Source of the DNA: Histomonas meleagridis 2922-C6/04-290x
Lineage: Eukaryota; Protista; Parabasalia
DNA length: 64,000 nucleotides
Assembly: GCA_020184695.1 (NCBI GenBank)
Contig: JAANOX010000273.1
Coordinates: forward strand, 62,001 to 126,000
Reading direction: 5' to 3'
Positions 1 through 12,082 of the stretch are shown here, one piece after another. Position 1 is the stretch's first letter. Every line of letters starts with the position of its first letter. A model generated the notes under the pieces. That model did not search any database, had not been told where the DNA came from, and saw only the letters and a list, made by a program, of their open reading frames with translations. The translations under genes and the position numbers were made by a program.

Positions 1-1
1 T

Positions 2-1350
2 ATTTTTATTGTGATGGAATATGCAGTTTGCGGTGAACTATTTGACTACCTTGTCTCAAGACAAAACGTAGATCAGCATACGGTGATGAAGATCTTTCGA
101 CAATTAATATATGGTCTTGAATATATTCATAAGCATGGCATTTGTCATCGTGACATAAAACCAGAAAATATTCTTTTAGATGAACATCATAACATTAAAA
201 TTGCAGATTTTGGTCTAGCAAGATGGATGTCATGTAACGTAGCAAAAACTTCATGTGGTTCACCACATTATTCAGCTCCAGAAGTCATTAAAAACAAGAT
301 ATATGATGGAAGGATGGCTGACGTATGGAGTTGTGGTGTTGTTCTTTATGCTTTATTAACAGTATGTTTCTAACGTTCTCCTGCCGATAGGAAAGTGCCA
401 GAGAACGTTATTATTCAAAAACTAACACATAGGGAAGATTACCATTTGATGATAGTAATATAAGGACTTTACTTTGTAAAGTAGTTAGTGGTAAGTTTAC
501 AATCCCACGTGGCGTACCACCAATGTTTCAAGATCTGATTCATCGAATGTTAACAGTTGATCCTACAAAAAGAATTACTATTTCCGAGATAAAACAACAT
601 CCAGTCTTTAGGCTTGGCCTTGACGACAATTATATTCTTCCAACTCCAAATTCAGTTAATATTGATCATCCAATAGATCGTCTTAACATTGATCCTGAGA
701 TTATTAATGTTCTTTTATGCATTGGATATGAAAGTAAAGAACAAATCATTGAAGAATTAACATCTCCGAAACATTCAATGGCTAAAGTCTTCTTTGCGAT
801 GCTTAACAAATCGATTTCCTTAGATGATCTACCATGGAACAATAACAATGGTACACCACCAGTTCTTTCCAACGATGATTTTGAATTAATACCGATGGAT
901 AATTTATCATTATTTTCAAATGGATCTGTCGAACTTTGGTCAAGTACAATGTCCTTTGGTCTTGCGTCGTGGGATCCATTAGGTCGCTCCAACGAAAGCT
1001 CTCGTTCCGAGAGTACTATCCTCGAAACATGTTTCGAAACTGTTGAATCACTTTTTACGGTTATTCAGCAGTTTTTGACGAAGAAGTCGTATGAAATGTT
1101 ATATCCGAACCAAATTGTCCTGATTGCGCGTAAGCAAACACAACAATTTGAGCTATACGTTAAGTTTGCTGCTGTTTTTGAGCGGAAAAATATCGAAGAA
1201 AGTAAAATATTGATATCGATCACAAAATTAGCAGGACTAAATGACAAAGAAGAACTTAAGTCATTGATTGAAGATTTCACAAAATGCATTACGCAATATA
1301 ACGATAATTACATGAGCAATAATTACATGTTCTGTCGAAGATTTTCATGA
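2..1350 (+). CDS. AMPK/SNF1-related (CAMK group) Ser/Thr kinase, 5' end outside the window; two exons (<2..361, 433..1350)
   Basis: HRDIKPEN, DFG and CGSPHYSAPE motifs. Removing 362..432 joins the two ORFs in frame as YALLT|GRLPFDD. Confidence 0.9.
362..432 (+). other. Spliceosomal intron, 71 nt, phase 0
   Basis: Starts GTATGT and ends ACTAACACATAG (parabasalid fused branch point/3' splice site). Removal restores the kinase frame and deletes the TAA at 371-373. Confidence 0.92.
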
Positions 1351-2209
1351 AAATTATGTCAAGATATGGTAAATATATCTGATTGTTGTGAATAAATGTG
1401 CTTTATGATATCTTTTGCATTTATCTGATAACTTCGAATTGAGTAAATAATTATAATATTTTGGAAAATTGCATTGTTTTGGGATCCGTTCCTTTGGAAT
1501 AAAAGAATTATTATGAATTGGCAAACAATGAGTATTATATTATTTTTTTTTGATTTATATTCAGTTAATTTTGAGTTCTATTTATTTTAGAATCAAAAAA
1601 TCATGAAAATTAATTTTTAAATATTATAATAAACAACATAATAATTCCAATTGATGCTACTATATTATTTTTGTAAATTATTATTTGATTTGGAGATAAA
1701 AATGTTTATAATTAATAAAATACGATCAAAAAGCATAAAAAAGACCTAAAAAGTTGGAACATGAAAAACCTGTTTCAAATATATTTTTCTTATTATTATT
1801 TATATTTAAATATACTCCTCTTGTAAATTAATAACATTAGTATATATATTTTAAATTTAATAAATAATATGAGATATCTCATAATATAATTAAATAATTA
1901 TGTTGTTATCATGTAATTTACAATTGAAATTTTTTTCAAAATTACTCCAATATCTCTCTATTACTTTATTTTAGATATTTTTTACAATATTTTGATGTTA
2001 TTTATTTCATTTTATCTCTTATATCCATTCCGCTCTATTCATTTTAAGATTCATTTTTTAAAAATTAAATTGTTTTTAATCGTATTCAATATTTATGACG
2101 TGTTTTTTCAATAGTTTTTGTTTATTATACCATTTTCTGATTATATTTCGAATTTTTTTTGATGGTTTTCGTGAAAATAATCATCACAATAATCTAACAT
2201 AATGATGTT

Positions 2210-2520
2210 ATGAGAAAAAATGATGAAATTCATCTTGAGTTGATTAAATACAATATAAAGGCTAAATCGCGAAGAGCTAAAGGAAAAGTTGCAGACCTCC
2301 AATGGACCAAGAAAACAATTGCAAGTGTAACTCTTGGAAGGGTGGTTTCTCCATCAATTGGGTTCATGACAACATTTTGGGCTCGAAATGGATGGAAATG
2401 TATGAAAGCTGTTAAAAGAACACCAAAGGAAATGAGGCCCACATTGTTCCAGGAAATAATTTCATTTAGTCAAGAATTTGAGTTATATATGCGACAAAAT
2501 AAAATTCCACCAGGTAACAC
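2210..2520 (+). pseudogene. pogo/CENP-B-type transposase fragment (5' part of chimeric ORF 2210..2782)
   Basis: SIGFMTTFWARNGWKCMKAVKRTP...KIPPGN resembles the HTH-to-DDE linker of pogo transposases, as in the element at 56 kb. Confidence 0.45.
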
Positions 2521-2808
2521 CCCTGATCGGATAATTGATGATATTGTTTTTCTTTCATTCTTAATATCAAATGACAATCTCCCTGCATTTCCAGATATTA
2601 GTGGAAGCATAACCTCATTATCACAACTTTTTAATATATATCGTGATCACCAAGAAATAGGATATCTAACTGAAAACGGTAAGATCATCAGGACTAACCT
2701 TAAAAAGCTTGTTGAAGCATATATTGCAACTAAACCAGCAAGTTTTTTTTCTGTTCAAACCAGACAATTCATTTCCGATTAACCTCTTGAAGTTCTAGCT
2801 AAAGAAAA
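2521..2808 (+). pseudogene. XRN 5'-3' exoribonuclease gene fragment
   Basis: DRIIDDIVFLSFLISNDNLPAFPDI...LFNIY...GYLTENGKI matches the XRN1/2 motif [23 protein letters not shown]...GYLT.NG. Confidence 0.75.
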
Positions 2809-3230
2809 TAACAGAAAAACTTAATACTATAACTTCGACTACAATCCCACAATTATATTATAATAAATCACAATCAGATGTAAAATATTCTACAAAAAGT
2901 CATACTCATAATACAACAAATAATAAGTTAACAGTAAATGGGAATGTACAAGTTACTTCATTAAATGGTTTTCAATTGTCAACAGCAGAAGGTGGTAAAT
3001 GGGATACAAAATTATATGTACCATCTATCATTACATTATAAGAAGATGGTGTTGTAGAAGTTGGTCAATATATTGATATGCATAATAATGCAGATTATGA
3101 TAAAGATAATACATGGAGAATTACTGCAAATACTTTTTCATCAGATTTTGAATCAGAATCTGGTTCATTATAAAGTTTTGGAAGTAATGGCATTATTCAA
3201 TGTGCGACTATAAATAATGTGGATACAACA
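2808..3230 (+). pseudogene. Fragment of the viral fibre gene (second copy)
   Basis: 2808..3104 is nearly identical to the reverse complement of 21462..21758 (TEKLNTIT...GVVEVGQYIDMHNNADYDK), with a premature TAA. Confidence 0.88.
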
Positions 3231-3231
3231 A

Positions 3232-3610
3232 TGGACCTTCAAATTCCTTCCCCTTATCCATAATCATCGTTTTTGGATGTGATTCTTTCTCAAATGCAAC
3301 ATCGAGAGCATTTTTTGCGAGAATGCTTGTTTTTAGATCGATTATCTGGTAATGAATGATTTTCCAACTGCTATCATCGATAAATTCTATTAGATATTTC
3401 TGGATATTTACTTCTTCTGGCAGTTTCTCCAAAAATGCAGGGCCGGATGCCTTACTTGATTTACATATCTTGCAACATAATGTAGTGAATGATCTTCTGA
3501 TGGATTTAAAGTGTAAATTTTAATATCTTGATATGAATCAAATTGTTCATAAATAATTCTACATCTCCATTCATTCAAAGTTTTAGGTACGAGAGTATTC
3601 CTTTCAGGAA
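3232..3610 (-). pseudogene. rve (IS481-like) integrase core remnant
   Basis: HYVARYVNQVRHPALHF, YLIEFIDDSSWKIIHY and PKTMIMDKGKEFEG are degenerate DDE integrase motifs, frameshifted. Confidence 0.7.
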
Positions 3611-3615
3611 CTCCG

Positions 3616-3900
3616 CAGGGTTCGAACTAACTTTTGAACCTATACGTTCATTTTTTCGGAGTTGAACCGAACCGGTTCGGTGAACCACCGAAACTTTTTG
3701 TTCTAACCATTTCTGGCTGAACCACCGGTTCAACAAATGCAAACCGAACCGAAAAAATAGTTAACGTTTTTCGGTTCGACGAATGAAAAGTGCCAAATGT
3801 GAAAAGTTCATTGTTTGTTGAACCTTTCTGACATGTTTCAATTTTAGTTCGACCGAAAATTCGAACCCGATCGAAAAACAGTTCAAACTTCAGCATACAA
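3616..3900. repeat. Cluster of GAACC/GGTTC/AACCGAA motifs starting CAGGGTTCGAAC; probable DNA-transposon (hAT-like) end
   Basis: Many short direct and inverted copies of the motif. GGGTTCGAA at 3618 has its reverse complement TTCGAACCC near 3860. No TSD identified. Confidence 0.45.
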
Positions 3901-4936
3901 ATTCATTAAGTATATATATTATCGTTTAAATATTATGACATTCGACGTTGTTTGTTCAAAAAAAAGCATAAATGTTATTCAAAAACTTAAATGAATAAAT
4001 CAAATAATTATTTTTATAATATGATATTCATGTTATGATGATCATCAAGTTTATGTATAATTTTCTGATAACATTTTGATCATCATATTGAAATACAAAT
4101 TTTAAAAATGCATTATTTAAAAATAATCAGGTTATTTTGATTCATTTTGACCAAATGTAACTGAATAATAATTTGAATTCGATAAATCATTATTAATTAA
4201 ATTTTCAGAAATAAAACAGATTAGAATCTCCGTAGCATCGCATGGTTCTCCAAAAAAATCATCGAAAACATTAAATATTAAAATTAGAATGCTTTCATCT
4301 ATTATTCGTGAAAAAGTATTACCATATTATTCAATTGTAATAGACAACATTGTGATTAAATTTTCTCTTGTTTTGGAATCAAGATTGAGAATTTCAATTA
4401 TAATATTGTTTAATTCTTGATCGTAAATTTCAGGACTAGTAATTTTTGGTATAAACAGAATAATTTTTGTTGCTCTCCCAAAAATGTGCTTCGGCATTTT
4501 TTCATTAACATAGAAATCATTTTCTTTTGAAAAATTCAAAATTATAATCAACAAGAATAATTAAAACTGAGTAAATAGCAACAAGTAAGTCTTGATCTAG
4601 ACTCGAAAATGATTCTTCTATTATTATTATACAAAATAATCCAAAATTATCAAAAAATAGATTAATTAATCTATGTGCTGACATTTTGAAAATCTGAATT
4701 GAAGATTCATATCGATTTTTGATATTTTTGACATATAATCCTTGAATTTTTTGTGTTTTCATATTAAGAAACCCATTTAACTTTCTGTTATACGATCATC
4801 GTTATATTGACTTTTTGTTTTACAATAATCATTATATTAATTCTATGATATACGATCATTGCATGTTAACTTTTTGACAAAAGCACTTACGATTTACAGC
4901 ATACAGCTGACTATTTCTTAATGAAACAAAGTTTTC

Positions 4937-5152
4937 TTAGAGATCTACCAAAAAAATCAAGAATTCATGCTCTATTAAAAAACGGAGATCCTGAAATAAT
5001 CTTATTCGTATATATACAGCTTCCATATATAAATTTATCTTCTTTGAATGCTGTAGAGAATGGCGTGCTGCATTGCCCACTGAGTTTTTATAAACATCAT
5101 GACATATTGCGCATAAAAAAATATCTTTTATAATATTATCATTTTTATTCAA
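4937..5152 (-). pseudogene. BED-type zinc-finger fragment, likely from a transposase
   Basis: CAICHDVYKNSVGNAARHSLQH gives a C-x2-C...H-x3-H pattern. Confidence 0.4.
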
Positions 5153-5339
5153 AAAAAATATATGTAATCATATCCCCTTATTTTAATGGCAAACGATATT
5201 TGTTGTGATTTTGCAGTTAAAATAACTTGTAAAACATCAGTAATATTATTGTCATCAATATTTTTTTTAATTTGAACATCAATAAGCTGTATATATACGA
5301 ATAAGATTATTTTTATATAAAACAGCACAGCCTATTTCG

Positions 5340-5790
5340 TAAATTGAAAATGAAACATTTAGAAATTCATTTGATATCAAAATTTTTTATCAAGAAAAAT
5401 CACATGATTACATGAAATTAGATTTCAATCAACTTGTTGAAGAAATTCAATTAAATATTAACAAATCATCAACAGCAGTTTTGGTATTAGATGAATGAAC
5501 AAATTATAATAACTTATATTTAGGAATTACTGCTTATTTCACGAGCAGAAACATTAAATATGATTCAATTGTTTTAGCACTAGCAATTCCTCATGAATAT
5601 GATAGAACACCAAATACTATTTCATAAGAATTAGCAAATCAACTAGAACGTTATAATATCATGAGTAAAGTTAAGTAGCTAATAAATACACGATTAATGA
5701 ATCCCCAAAAAAATATGCAAGATTGCACTTGTAAGAAGCTTTGAACCATTACTATGGCTCAATGGTCATACATGGCTTATTATGTTACCT
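5340..5790 (+). pseudogene. hAT transposase remnant
   Basis: AVLVLDE*TNYNNLYLGITAYF...IVLALA...TPNTIS*ELANQLERYNIMSKV matches the hAT DxW(T)...YLGITAHF core; several stops. Confidence 0.7.
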
Positions 5791-5799
5791 TTGGTAACA

Positions 5800-6620
5800 T
5801 TGATCTATGCGAAAGTGCTATTAGAATATTCATTTGTTACATAAATAGTTGGACTATCAAATGTTGTATTATAACACGCTGGTTCATTCTTACCATAGAA
5901 GCAAACAATTTCAAGACTCATGGATGAACTACAAGCATTATTATCTATCACATTAATGTTCTCTGGAATGATAACTTTTTTAATGCTATCGCATCCAATA
6001 AATGCGCCTAATCCAATTGTTCTTACTGAACAGAGAATATCAATATTAGAAATCAAAGAACAACCTTCAAATGCATATTCTTGGATTGTTAAAATGGATT
6101 CGGAATTACAACATCACCTGATTTTCCAGAAGGACAAAATATTAATTTAGTAATATTTTTGTTATATATAATTCCGTCATTGTTATAATTGGAGTAATAT
6201 ATATTATTTAGTGAGATGGTGACAGATACTAAATTTGGACAATTTTGAAATGCAATTAGACCATTTGAAACCACTGAGTCTGGAATATTGACATTGTGAA
6301 ACAAACATTCATTAGACTGGTAGTATTATAATATTGTGATTGAATTGGGAATACTTAAATTTATCAAAAAAGAACGATTAATGAATGAAAAGACACCAAT
6401 TGAGTTTACAGAATTGGGGATATTTATATTTGTAATAAGTAAACAATCCTCAAATGCATAATCTTCAATTAATTGAACAGAACTAGGAATATTTACAATG
6501 CCTTCTACTGATCCATAAAACATCCAAAAAATGCATAATCTATTATTGTTGTAACGGATTCACCGATTACTACATTTGTTAATTTGCTCTGATTAAAAAA
6601 AGCATGGTAGTCAATCACAA
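5800..6620 (-). pseudogene. BspA-like (TpLRR) surface protein pseudogene
   Basis: Repeated IPxSVxxIxxxAFxxC units and DGIIYNKNITKLIFCP, split across at least three frames. Confidence 0.85.
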
Positions 6621-6950
6621 ATACATTGCTCCCAATTTGCAGTTTTGAAAAATGACCAATGGTTTCAAAATCATATCATGTAATACTTGAAACAATAAAA
6701 ATGTTAAGAGTATCATTTTGGATAATAAAGTCACAACATGTGAAAATAGGACGAATATAAAACATGTATGATAATTAATGCCATCCTTGGCATATTTAAA
6801 ATTCAATTGTTCAAATGTTTTTCTTCATCCCTATTATCATCATTGCTGCCAGACAATCAACAGAAAAGCAGTGTTAAGCCAGAACTTTCTATTAATGTGA
6901 AAGGAGATTATATTTTAACGAATTAATAAATCAATATTGCAAAATTATAG

Positions 6951-7079
6951 GCTTTCTTGCTAACAGCAAAAAATGAAATTCCAACAGCTGGAGGTGGTAG
7001 ATTTATTACAGGTGTTGATTCCGGGAATGTTTATGCATTTTATTACCATCCATCAAAGAGACACCGAGTTTCATGTTAA
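6951..7079 (+). pseudogene. Lactococcin-972-like peptide remnant
   Basis: AFLLTAKNEIPTAGGGRFITGVDSGNVYAFYYHPSKRHRVSC*, in a frame not listed in the ORF track; fits GGxWxxG...VxSxYxHxxxxH. No start codon. Confidence 0.4.
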
Positions 7080-7229
7080 CCAGGACCTATTTAAAAATAT
7101 TTTATTTATTTTTTTTGATATAAATGCCATTTTTGCGGATAAAATACCATTATAATACAAAATTTCATCAAAATATTTGCATTATATCTCAATGTCACTA
7201 CGACTTTGACTCCAATGAATGTTTTTGAT

Positions 7230-7490
7230 CTTTTCACGATTGGTTAATTTGATAGCATTTTGAATTTTTTTGTTTTTCAGAATCAACAATTATCTAACTT
7301 CAAATCATCATTTCTAATACGATACAGATGACTCGTGCCTCTGAACCCCTATGGGCCATGGAAGGACGTGTATCTCGTTCCCCTTCACTGCCCCAGTGAA
7401 TCCAGAACATATCTGGGTGCAACAAAGATTGGCATCTTAAAATAGAAATGATTCTCGCGGTGAATATCCTATGAGTTTTCCAATGTTCCC
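7230..7490 (-). pseudogene. Unidentified GC-richer gene fragment
   Basis: LENS*DIHRENHFYFKMPIFVAPRYVLDSLGQ*RGTRYTSFHGP*GFRG reads like coding sequence with three stops. Confidence 0.3.
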
Positions 7491-8015
7491 GCTAATTATT
7501 TCCGATCTTAACGTACAATTTATATTATACTTAACGGCTTCTAATAATGTATCTATTTTAAATTTAATAATTCAAAAGCAAATGTTCATTTATGATTTTA
7601 TTGATTATTTATGAATTCTTCTAAATGATCCTTTTCTTCCTCCATATCATACTCACCAATTGTTCCTGAACGAATAATATAAATCCATCACTTTTATCAA
7701 ATATTTTTTTGATATAAAAATATCTGAAAATAATTATGAAAAAATTGTATGCAGAAATATAATAGACTGTTTGACAATAAATATAATTGATTGAAAACAT
7801 ATGTTATGATTAGAATTATTTAAATATTGGATAAAAAATATTCTTTTTGATTTATTAATTATGAGATTGTATGAGAAAATAATATAATGATAGCCTAACA
7901 TAAATTTATGCAAAACATGCATAAAGCTATATCAAATTTGTGTATTTTCACTTGTTTATTCATGCTTTTTCATATTATTATATGTTACATCATGTTCATT
8001 CATGATGTTATTCTA

Positions 8016-8704
8016 AAATTATTCATTTATTATATTGTTGGGCATATAAATATAAATGTAAAGATATTGCAAGAGAAATAGGAGTGAGTAGAAACACAGT
8101 AACATATTATTATATATTATTTAGAAATGCCTGTGATGCATATGTTTTATTTTGAGAAGGTCTTCTTGTCGGTAGCCCTGGTAAAACTGTTCAAATTGAT
8201 GAAACTTTAATGTGCCGAAGAAAATATAATGTTGGACGAGGTTTAAATCGAGTATGGATATTTGGGGGAATTTGCGTGGGAAATAGACCATTCTTTTGTC
8301 TTGTTATACCTGATCGAACAAGAGAAACATTAGAAGAAAAGATTCGTAATCATATATTACCTGAAACAAAAATAATTTTAGATTGCTGGAAGGCGTATGA
8401 CTTTCTTGATGATGACAATGATCACGAGCATGAAACTGTGAATCATTTCTGAAATTTTGTTGATCCTGAAACTAAATCGCACACTCAAATGATAGAAAGA
8501 CTTTGGAGGGAACTTAAAAAAATTAATAAAAGATATGAAGGAATTCAAAAAAACAAAGTCAATGAACATATATCAGAGTTCATGTGGAGATGGAATGTTA
8601 TTCACAATCAGAATCAAATGTTTAGGGCCACCGTTCAATTAATCGCAGACACAAAGTTTACAAAAGTAATTGATTGCGAAAAAGAAGAAAAAGAATTGAA
8701 ATAG
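8016..8704 (+). mobile_element. Merlin / IS1595 (ISXO2-like) transposase, disrupted
   Basis: IAREIGVSRNTV (HTH), TVQIDET, VWIFGG, DCWKAY, HETVNH.NFVDP.T..HTQMIERLW and EFMWR in one frame with two stops. TIRs not identified. Confidence 0.9.
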
Positions 8705-9506
8705 ATAAATATTCATATCTTTGATCGTCATAATTTTTTTCGAATATTAATAAAAATTGATATAAGAAATATAAATTCAAATTTTATTATATCATTCAAA
8801 TATTGATTCGTGTATATTATTCGTCACAAATCACGAAATTTTGAAAATTTAATTATCGAAAAATGTGTATATATTATATCAATTCGATAACATATTGTTT
8901 AGATTTTGTTTTGTTTAAATATTTTGTTGTAAATTTCGAAATTTCGAAAATCTGATTTTTGAAAAAAAACATGTTATTGAGTAGATACAATATGTATTAA
9001 CGGTTGTTAATGAGAATGAAATGGTATAATATTTACGCGAATTTTTAAAAATACTGAAAAAAGTCATGAAAAAGATTTTTATTAATATTATTATGGATTT
9101 TCGGTCATTATTCTATTTATAATATGAAAATTCGTTTTATATGCTTATTCAATTATTATCATGCCTACCCGTTACTCAATATTAATTTCATTTGAAAAAT
9201 TGACGGTAAAAATGATTTTTAATAAAAATTTCATTTTATACTGTATCATAATTTTAAACTTATATAAATATAATTATGAATATTTCATTTATAATATATA
9301 ATCCAAAATTCAATCAAATATCAATAAAATATGTAATCTAAATAGAGGTAGATATTAACTTACCACACCCATATAACGGATGTAGCCATGAATAAAATGT
9401 AATAATTTTATTAATATAGATAATATTTATTTACATTCAACGGAAAATCTGATTGGGTGCACTCCTATACATAAACTATTTAAACTATTTTGACTCAAAT
9501 GTTGTA

Positions 9507-12082
9507 TAGGGTGTTCGGATAAATATTAGTATCAGCGTTTGTGCTGAATAATATTTATTAAAATTTCAAATATAAATACATTAAATGTATGTGATATTTT
9601 ATTTTAAATATTGGATCTTATTTTTATTTGGTTCATGAGTTATAGTAAAAATAATGATTCAAAATCCGTTTATTTTTAAAATACGTTAAAAATTTCATTT
9701 TTAAAATGAGTGATCATATTAAACATCTCGTCATATATTGGTACAACAAAAATTTGAAGCCAAATAATATATATAGGGGGTGGAAAAAGTGCGTTCGTCA
9801 GCATTTTTTTTAATGAATAAAAAAGTAAAAGAAATTTTGTTTATTTATTATGATATGTATTCATTTTGAGTTACAATTGAAACTAAAAGTCTGTTCATCC
9901 ATTCATTATATACGGCTCTGAAGGTATCTTTAGGAATATTATACAGTAATGTTTCAACCTTTTGAAAAAGTTGATCTACATTATCAAACTTCTCACCTTC
10001 GAGCATTTTTTTTAGATATCCGAACAGAAAAAAGTCAGAAGGTGCGAGGTCTGGCGAAAACGGGGGTTGCGGAAGTCTTTTAATCCCCAATTAATTCAAT
10101 TTTTCATGAACCAAATGAAACCGGGCGTTATCCATATGCAAAAAATATCCCTTCGTTGAAATTCTCCTTGCCAAATCTCCAAGTACAACTTCAGAAAAAA
10201 AAATTCGATCAAATTTTTGGCCTATCGGGAGCATTGTTATTGATTTGATACCAGTTATAGACCATATAACAGATATCATTACTTTTTTGGAGGCAATAGT
10301 TTGTTTGGGTTTGTATGGTTTTTGCACTTCAGATTCAATCCACATCGAGTTTCTCCCGTTAACAAAATAAATCCAGGTTTTATCTTGCGTCAATATGTGT
10401 CTTAGTCTGTAGTCATTTGAACTAGAAAGGAATTCAAATAATTCAGAAGCAATGGCAGCTCTTTTGGCTTTAATTTCTGGAGTCAACTTATGTGGGATCC
10501 ATTTGAAGTTAACTTTTTTCATCCCTAAAATATCGATCATTATATTTTTCACTGTTTTTGGATCTGCGCCTACATTCTTCGCAATTTTTTTCGTCGATGC
10601 ATATGGATAACTTAATATAAAACTGGTTATTCTTTGATCTAAATCTGATCTTCTTGGTCTCCCTGTTTTTTTCTGTTCGAAAATTGAGAAGGTATGTTCA
10701 TTCATCTTTTTTGTCCATTTCTGAACTGTTCGAAGTGTAATAATATTATCACCATATACAGCACATAATCGCCTATATATGTCTTGATTTTCATTTGATT
10801 CTAACCAAAGGAAATGGACAACAGAACGTAATTCCTCAATTGGAACTGACATTAAAATGATTAAACGTTCTCTTCCAGAGGTATCCTGAAAAAAAGTAGT
10901 TTTACTTCATGCATCATATTTACTTGGAAAAAAGTATCATAATAATAATACAAATATATTTATTATAAATTTTATTTATATAATTTGATTTCATTAATAT
11001 CTAATATAAATCAAAAAAAAAGCTGACCAACTGACTTTTTCCACCCCCTATATAAGAAATGTTGTAAAAACTTTGGTGAAGATAATGTTCACTATAGCAC
11101 AATAACAGATTAGTGTAGAAAATTGTTATTAGGCCAAAACATTCTGGTAAGAAAAACTGGCAGCGGTTTATTTACAGATAATTTTATTGACCTATTAATT
11201 TGTGATCAATTAGAACAAATGCCATTTCACAGTGTCAAAACATTGAGCACAACTTTAAAAATCCCAAAAAGTACAATCCATGATCATCTCCGCAAAATGG
11301 GATTTGTTGTGAAGCATTTAAGGTTCGTTCCTCACACACTTTCTTATGAACAAAAATTACAACATATTGATAAGTCAAAACAACTTTTGGAAATTATTCA
11401 ACAGGCACGTCACCAATCTTGGAAGTTCTTCTTAACAGGTGATGAGAGCTGGTGTTATTTTACAGAAGATTTTGAAATTCAATGGCTCCAGCCTGATCAA
11501 AAACCTTTTACAAGACCTAGAAGAATTATATCAACACCAAAAAGAATGCTAACGGTTTTTTGGTCTCCTTTGACATTTAGAATAGTTGAAATGTTATTTT
11601 ATGGTAATAAATTTAATAGCTCTTACTTTACTGAATCTATTCTAAAAAAAATTGTAAAAACAAATCCTCAGCAAATGGAAGGGCGGCCGAAAAGAAAAGT
11701 TGTGGTGCATATGGACAATGCGACACCTCATCGGTCAAATGAAATCAAGAAGTTTGCCACCAAAAATGGGTTATCTTTATGCTCTCATCCAGCATTTTCG
11801 CCAGATTTAGCACCATCAGACTTTTATCTTTTTGGTAAAGTTAAAAATGAATTAAAAGGTTCAGGGTTTGTCTCAGAAGATGAACTTTTTGAGGCAATTA
11901 AGTCAATATTGGAGAAGATCACAAGAGATGAACTTGAATCCGTCTTTAGAGAATGGGAAAGGAGACTCCAAGCCTGTATTGATAATGAGGGTGGTTACAT
12001 TGAGTAAAGTTTACTTTACTATGAAAATTTTGTTTGTAGCATTTTCTGATATTAAAATACTAAAATTTATCCGGACACCCAA
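9507..12082 (+). mobile_element. Mariner element A (DD34D), interrupted by element B
   Basis: TIRs TAGGGTGTTCGGATAAATATTAGTAT and ATACTAAAATTTATCCGGACACCCAA, with TA TSDs at 9505-06 and 12083-84. The transposase runs 9706..9773 + 11053..12007 in frame (GDESW, DNATPH, FSPDLAPSD) with one TAG at 11111. Confidence 0.92.
9774..11050 (-). mobile_element. Mariner element B, 1277 bp, DD31D spacing
   Basis: TIRs TAGGGGGTGGAAAAAGT and ACTTTTTCCACCCCCTA, with TA TSDs. Transposase 10852..9848 has FKWIPHKL, DNARFH and FSPDLAPSD, with one in-frame TAA. Confidence 0.95.

Noticed and set aside
3648-3896. 82-aa ORF
   Set aside because: Translation of the GAACC/GGTTC motif cluster, not protein-like.
4780-4880. 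~30-bp imperfect tandem repeat containing ATACGATCA
   Set aside because: Only about three degenerate units with no unique spacers; not CRISPR-like, probably a transposon subterminal repeat.
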